Shown here: one piece after another, positions 59,484-64,000 of the stretch
Position numbering within the stretch: the stretch's first letter is position 1
How the letters are laid out: each line of letters opens with the position of its first letter
NCBI GenBank assembly: GCA_965238175.1
Contig: CBDEGZ010000003.1
Coordinates: 1,472,001-1,536,000, forward strand
Direction: 5' to 3'
DNA: 64,000 nt
Origin: Gammaproteobacteria bacterium
GTDB lineage: Bacteria > Pseudomonadota > Gammaproteobacteria > CAJXQU01
Notes under the pieces: model-generated
Seen by the model: only the letters and a program-made list of their open reading frames with translations
What the model was told of the DNA's origin: nothing
The model's database searches: none
Program-made: the position numbers and the translations under genes

Positions 59484-59660
59484 ATGGTGATTAGCACAAT
59501 TAAGCCTTTTCCTGTATTACCTGTGATCCCTGTTCGTCATAAAGAGAATAGGGAAGAGCGGCAGCAGCAGAAAAAAGATCCAAAAGATGACAAAAATAAT
59601 CGTCAAGAACAATATGACCAGTCAAATAGTAACAACGGTCATATTGACACGTCTGCTTAA
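59484..59660 (+). CDS. 58-aa small protein (below the ORF-track cutoff)
   Basis: SD GGAGG before ATG; MVISTIKPFPVLPVIPV...GHIDTSA*. Confidence 0.65.
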   Translation: MVISTIKPFPVLPVIPVRHKENREERQQQKKDPKDDKNNRQEQYDQSNSNNGHIDTSA

Positions 59661-59687
59661 TCAGCACTTATGTGTGAAAGCTAACAT

Positions 59688-60092
59688 ATGATGAACACTT
59701 TTCTTTTTATAGGTTTGATTATATGTATGGTAATTTGCGCCTACTTAGGATGGCAAATATTTCAACTAAAGAGGACCATAAGTCAAAGAGAAAAGTCCTA
59801 TCACTTCATGCATCAAGATTTACATGGTTTGATCTTATGCATGCGTGGCATAACTCAACGTTTTGAGAAACAACAAAAACAGCTAAGAAGTGTCACTATC
59901 CGTCAGAACGATATCCAAGCAATGAATACTAATGACTCAAATTACGAACAAGCAATTCTTCTGATGGATAAAGGTGCCACTATTGAAGAGTTGATTGAGA
60001 CTTGCGGGTTGTCAAAAGGCGAAGCTGAATTGATGAATCGTATCAACAATATTACATTTGAAGAGCCTGTCGGTGAGATAGGATTGCGCTAG
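59688..60092 (+). CDS. DUF2802-like membrane protein
   Basis: N-terminal TM; YEQAILL..GATIEELIETCGLSKGEAELM; typical position after cheW. Confidence 0.85.
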   Translation: MMNTFLFIGLIICMVICAYLGWQIFQLKRTISQREKSYHFMHQDLHGLILCMRGITQRFEKQQKQLRSVTIRQNDIQAMNTNDSNYEQAILLMDKGATIEELIETCGLSKGEAELMNRINNITFEEPVGEIGLR

Positions 60093-60158
60093 CTTAAAAA
60101 CTGGTTTACCCTTCACGGCCTTGTCGATGTCAGGCAAGATTTACAGAAATAATCAGCG

Positions 60159-60250
60159 GGAGAGGTGGCCGAGTGGCTGAAGGCGCGCGCTTGGAAAGTG
60201 TGTATACGGTTAATCCCGTATCGAGGGTTCGAATCCCTCTCTCTCCGCCA
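60159..60250 (+). tRNA. tRNA-Ser(GGA)
   Basis: GGAGAGG acceptor stem, anticodon loop TTGGAAA, long variable arm, GGTTCGAATCC, CCA end. Confidence 0.96.
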
Positions 60251-60341
60251 TACATTACTGTCAAAACAATTATGAGATGATGTTTGACGTTCAAAGTACC
60301 CGAAGTAAGGTGAGCTATTCTAAGTTGATCACAGTTTAACT

Positions 60342-60608
60342 TTAGGTTTCTAGAGAATTCTTGATCAAAAATTCCTTTTGTAATTTTGAAAGTTTTTTGA
60401 TCGCAGATTCTCTTTTGAGAGCGAATGAGCGTGATTCAACCATCTCCGAATAGACGAGTTTCACCGGTTGTCTGCTACGTGTGTATTTAGCAGCTCCTTT
60501 GCCATTATGTTCACCAACGCGACGTTCAACGTCGGTCGCAATGCCTGTGTATAGACTTTGATCACAACAACAGACGATGTAAACGTACCAGTTTTGATTC
60601 TGGCTCAT
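60342..60608 (-). CDS. GIY-YIG nuclease family protein (YhbQ-like)
   Basis: WYVYIV..SLYTGI..RR..H..GAAKYTR..P..LVY..E..IKKL. Confidence 0.92.
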   Translation of the reverse strand: MSQNQNWYVYIVCCCDQSLYTGIATDVERRVGEHNGKGAAKYTRSRQPVKLVYSEMVESRSFALKRESAIKKLSKLQKEFLIKNSLET

Positions 60609-60620
60609 TTTGTTCTCGGC

Positions 60621-61832
60621 TCAATTTCTAGTAATTACGCGATCAATTACCGCCGCACCAACACTGTCACCCCACACATTGATCGACGTTCTGAAGCGAT
60701 CTAAAAACCAGTCCACCGCCAATAATAAACCGATCCCTTCTAATGGTAGATTGACTGCAGATAAAACGATCACCATTGTCACAAGTCCCGCTTCAGGGAT
60801 TCCAGCAGCACCGATCGCAGCCAGCGTTGCGGTAACAAAAATGATCGCCTGCTGACTAATACTCATATCAATACCATAAGCCTGTGCAATAAACATAACC
60901 GCGGCAGATTCATATAAAGCCGTACCATCCATATTAATCGTCGCACCGAGTGGGATTACAAATCGGGTGGCGCGAGGGTCAATCCCATTTTCACGCGTAC
61001 ATTCCATCGTCAGCGGAATCGTTGCTGATGAACTGGCCGTACCAAAAGCAGTCAATAGTGCACGACCCATACCTGTTAAATAAGCAAGGCCGCGCCCAGC
61101 GAAAAGCCATAATATTGTTAACAACACAATGAAGTGTAAGGTCAAACCCGTTAATACCGTAACCAGATGCCAACCGACTGCTTGAATCTCTTGCAAGAAG
61201 GCTTCACCGCCGCCAGCCATACCTAAACGTGCGGCGATTAAAGCGAAAATACCGAAAGGCGCGAAATACATGATCCAGATAACGACCTTCATCATCGCTT
61301 CGTTAAGACCATCAAAAAATGCGATCACAGGTTTACCTTTCTCACCGACAGTCGTTAATGCCGCAGCGAACAATAAACAGAAGAAGATGATCGGTAATAA
61401 TTGATTTGATCGACCGGCTTCGATCAGGTTTGGCTTAACCAGGGAAGTAATAATGTGAGAAAACCCCATATCCTCTTTACTAGAGACTTTTTCAGGGATA
61501 GTCTGACTCAGTTCAGTCATCCCGACACCGGGTTGGATCAAATTCACTACTAACAACCCGATCAAAACAGCGATGGCGGTAGTGGAAGCGTAATAAAGTA
61601 CCGTAATGCCACCAATACGCCCCAGCTTTCGCACATCACCCAGAGAACAAACACCGCTGATTACCGCCGCGACAATCAAAGGCACAATCACCAGTTTCAA
61701 CGCATGTAAAAACAGATCGCCCATCCACTTTATTTGGACCATAGACTCACCCCAGATCCAACCAGAAGTGACGCCTGCGATCACACCGATGACAATAGCG
61801 ATTAGAAGAATGATGGCGTGTTTATGTGGCAT
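60621..61832 (-). CDS. Dicarboxylate/amino acid:cation symporter (DAACS)
   Basis: AFGTASSSATIP, PLGATINMDGTAL, DRFRTSINVWGD. Confidence 0.95.
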   Translation of the reverse strand: MPHKHAIILLIAIVIGVIAGVTSGWIWGESMVQIKWMGDLFLHALKLVIVPLIVAAVISGVCSLGDVRKLGRIGGITVLYYASTTAIAVLIGLLVVNLIQPGVGMTELSQTIPEKVSSKEDMGFSHIITSLVKPNLIEAGRSNQLLPIIFFCLLFAAALTTVGEKGKPVIAFFDGLNEAMMKVVIWIMYFAPFGIFALIAARLGMAGGGEAFLQEIQAVGWHLVTVLTGLTLHFIVLLTILWLFAGRGLAYLTGMGRALLTAFGTASSSATIPLTMECTRENGIDPRATRFVIPLGATINMDGTALYESAAVMFIAQAYGIDMSISQQAIIFVTATLAAIGAAGIPEAGLVTMVIVLSAVNLPLEGIGLLLAVDWFLDRFRTSINVWGDSVGAAVIDRVITRN

Positions 61833-61852
61833 GTTTTGTACCCGAGGGCTTT

Positions 61853-61923
61853 GTAGGTTGGATTAGACTAGCGTATTCCGACATAGATTGGAATTTATTG
61901 GGTTACGTTAGCTTATCTAATCA
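61853..61923. repeat. Decayed GTAG-type REP pair
   Basis: GTAGGTTGGATTAGACTAGCGTATTCCGAC..., similar to 63773-63847. Confidence 0.65.
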
Positions 61924-61940
61924 GAAGCTTTACCTTAGCG

Positions 61941-62296
61941 TCAAACCGCTTGTTTAATAAAATAGTCACTTTTCTTTTGAGCAACATCTTTTGGAGAGTA
62001 TATTTTTAAGTGTCGTCTTTTTTTACCTTTACCTTCTAAAACAGAATTTGTATCGGTAAAATTAGCACCATTACTGAACTCGATTGAAATATGTTCTTTA
62101 ATAAATATAGACTCCACCGATCAAGTCTTTAAGACAAACTAAAAACTAAGCCTCCATATTTAATATCTTCAATTACCGCTTCATTTTCTTTAAGGAATAG
62201 TTCACGTATCGAAATGACTATTTCATATTGATTTTTAGACATAGATTCAATGTCTAAAAGAAAATCATTTATCTTTTTGTTGCTTGATATATTCAT
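61941..62296 (-). pseudogene. Frameshifted DUF1801-like gene
   Basis: MNISSN...EDIKYGGLVF, frameshift near 62135, then IGGVYIYKEHISIEFSNGA..LEGKGKKRRHLK; span of 356 nt is not a multiple of 3. Confidence 0.75.
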
Positions 62297-62374
62297 AGGG
62301 TCGAGTGATCAGGTTTTAGGGATTAGTAGTTTGGTGATTTATTGAATTATTCTAGACTAAGCCAGACTACGAAA

Positions 62375-63010
62375 CTATTTATTGCGATATTTTCCTATAA
62401 ATGAATTCTTTGAGATATGCTCAGAGGTGTATTCTGTTGGTAACTGAGAATAACCTACTAAGTTAAACTCATTTTCTAAGATATTGAGAATATTTTTACC
62501 ATCATTAACCCAGCCAATATTGGATGGAATTGCAGAAGAAATATTGTTCAAAATATAAAAATAACCGCCTGGTTTCAGAATCTTCTTAATTAGCCGGATT
62601 TCTTCTTCCACATTTGGACAATGCTGTAAAACCCAAATCGACACACAGGCATCAACTTTCAATCCACTATCAGCAAATCGATTAATGATCAGCGGAGCAA
62701 CCGAACTAAACTTCTCGCTGGAAACATACTTAACCGACAATTCCCGCATAGATTGGCTTATATCAAGGCCTAAAACATTGCAGTGGCTCTCTGTTATAAG
62801 CGCCTCAGAAATTCGACCTATTCCACAACCAAAATCAAGGACAAGAGAATTTTCATCAGGATGGATAAACGAACAAATATCTTTTGCTAAAAAAGGTGTT
62901 TCCGTCTCCCACCTTTCTTTTGTCGTACTGCCTTCCGGCGTCAATATAATACTTTTTGCTTCAGATTCGTTCTGAATATCAAATACTTGCGGGTTGTATA
63001 TAGCTTCCAT
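62375..63010 (-). CDS. Class I SAM-dependent methyltransferase
   Basis: VLDFGCGIGR, GLDIS..M, WVLQH, LKPGG. Confidence 0.9.
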   Translation of the reverse strand: MEAIYNPQVFDIQNESEAKSIILTPEGSTTKERWETETPFLAKDICSFIHPDENSLVLDFGCGIGRISEALITESHCNVLGLDISQSMRELSVKYVSSEKFSSVAPLIINRFADSGLKVDACVSIWVLQHCPNVEEEIRLIKKILKPGGYFYILNNISSAIPSNIGWVNDGKNILNILENEFNLVGYSQLPTEYTSEHISKNSFIGKYRNK

Positions 63011-63135
63011 AGTGGATCTCGATATTAAACCTATCTAAAAATACGTTTGGTTGGTGGTATATCAAGAACAGGCAAAAGGCTTGCCAGGAATACGATGTAT
63101 AAGTGTGCGGAAATTTGTTGGGTTAAGCTACGGAA

Positions 63136-63741
63136 CTAATCTACTCTGATTAGCTTATTAATTTCGTCTGAAAGATCACTGATTACTTTTTTTACAGTAA
63201 AACCAATGTTTACGTCTAACGCATTTTCATCAACTCTTGTCGTATGTGTGATGAGTATAGGGGTTCCCAGAGTTTCTACATATAGAGTACATGTGATGTC
63301 CGACTGTTTAAGATATTTAGTTGTTCCAACATCCATATCCTCAAAAATAGATGAAACAATCATTGCCGGGAAAGTACCAAGATACATATTTAAAATCGTT
63401 TCGTGCATTTCATTGCTTTTGACTTTTTGTGCTCTTTTTAGGTCAGTTTTATTTGATGTAACGATGAATTTATTTAGTTGAACATTAATGTGTTCATGCT
63501 CGTTATTCAGCTTTGCCGCAAGTTGCTCTTTTAGAATCATCGGCAATGGTTTGTTGAAGTTTGAGTCTGAATAAAGCTTGTGTGACTCAGGAGGTTTTAG
63601 CTCAGTATATTCTGAGCGCTTATCAATTACAGAAATTGTGTCATTTATATTTGGAAGAGCTTTAACGACTATGAGACTGTTTCCAGCATTACATGCTGTG
63701 AGCAAAACTAGAATTGTTAAAGAGAGAAGTGTTTTCCCCAT
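63136..63741 (-). CDS. Hypothetical lipoprotein
   Basis: Signal peptide with lipobox LLTAC. Confidence 0.7.
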   Translation of the reverse strand: MGKTLLSLTILVLLTACNAGNSLIVVKALPNINDTISVIDKRSEYTELKPPESHKLYSDSNFNKPLPMILKEQLAAKLNNEHEHINVQLNKFIVTSNKTDLKRAQKVKSNEMHETILNMYLGTFPAMIVSSIFEDMDVGTTKYLKQSDITCTLYVETLGTPILITHTTRVDENALDVNIGFTVKKVISDLSDEINKLIRVD

Positions 63742-63772
63742 TTTTATTTTTGAAGTCCTTAGTGAAGATATA

Positions 63773-63847
63773 GTAGGTCGGATTAGCGTAGCGTAATCCG
63801 ACGTAGAACGGTAATTTGTTGGATTACGCTACGCTAATCCAACCTAC
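63773..63847. repeat. Inverted pair of GTAG-type REP elements
   Basis: GTAGGTCGGATTAGCGTAGCGTAATCCGAC ... GTTGGATTACGCTACGCTAATCCAACCTAC. Confidence 0.9.
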
Positions 63848-63868
63848 CGAACTAACCTACGAAACTTA

Positions 63869-64000
63869 TTATTTAGGAGACCAAGTATCAGTTTCTTTTT
63901 GTGCATTATTTAATTCAAGATTTGAGAGTTTTAGAGCTGATTCAGCTAGACAATCTGCAGCTGATGCTTCAATGTTTCTTGAGCTATTTTCAATATATTT
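63869..64000 (-). CDS. 3' end of a gene entering from the right (Sel1-repeat-like C-terminus)
   Basis: Open frame ...LSNLELNNAQKETDTWSPK*; truncated by the window edge. Confidence 0.45.
   Translation of the reverse strand, partial: KYIENSSRNIEASAADCLAESALKLSNLELNNAQKETDTWSPK

Noticed and set aside
60159-60340. Prophage/ICE attachment at tRNA-Ser
   Set aside because: No integrase and no duplicated tRNA 3' end seen within the window.
61850-64000. Integron attC array
   Set aside because: Repeats are GTAG REP-type, lack RYYYAAC/GTTRRRY boxes, and no intI is in the window.

Overview
AT-rich gammaproteobacterial chromosome segment in four blocks. (1) 1-15.6 kb, housekeeping: lgt-thyA-folA (DHFR fused to an extra C-terminal domain), a JmjC hydroxylase, lon, a PAS-GGDEF cyclase, a GNAT protein and a metA-alaC-hom-thrC cluster. 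(2) About 15.7-39.9 kb, a ~24-kb island between thrC and hslR encoding an atypical non-flagellar type III secretion system. The export apparatus, IM rings and sorting platform (sctV N O D I / J K L Q R S T U) are intact. However, the secretin is reduced to its N0-N1 domains, SctU lacks the NPTH autocleavage motif, there is no needle gene between the YscE- and YscG-like chaperones, and I see no ruler, gatekeeper or translocon genes in the window. The island instead carries two small helical pilin-like ORFs and a 987-aa collagen-repeat protein with harpin-like helices. One conserved promoter block occurs three times. It also holds a pseudo-receiver NarL/LuxR regulator, an intact IS481-family element and an IS1016 remnant. 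(3) 40.6-60.1 kb, a conventional polar-flagellum export/chemotaxis cluster (fliL-R, flhBAFG, fliA, cheYZAB, motCD, parC/parP-like, cheW). (4) tRNA-Ser(GGA) followed by minus-strand accessory genes separated by GTAG REP-like repeats. All calls come from motif recognition by eye; no database searches were run.
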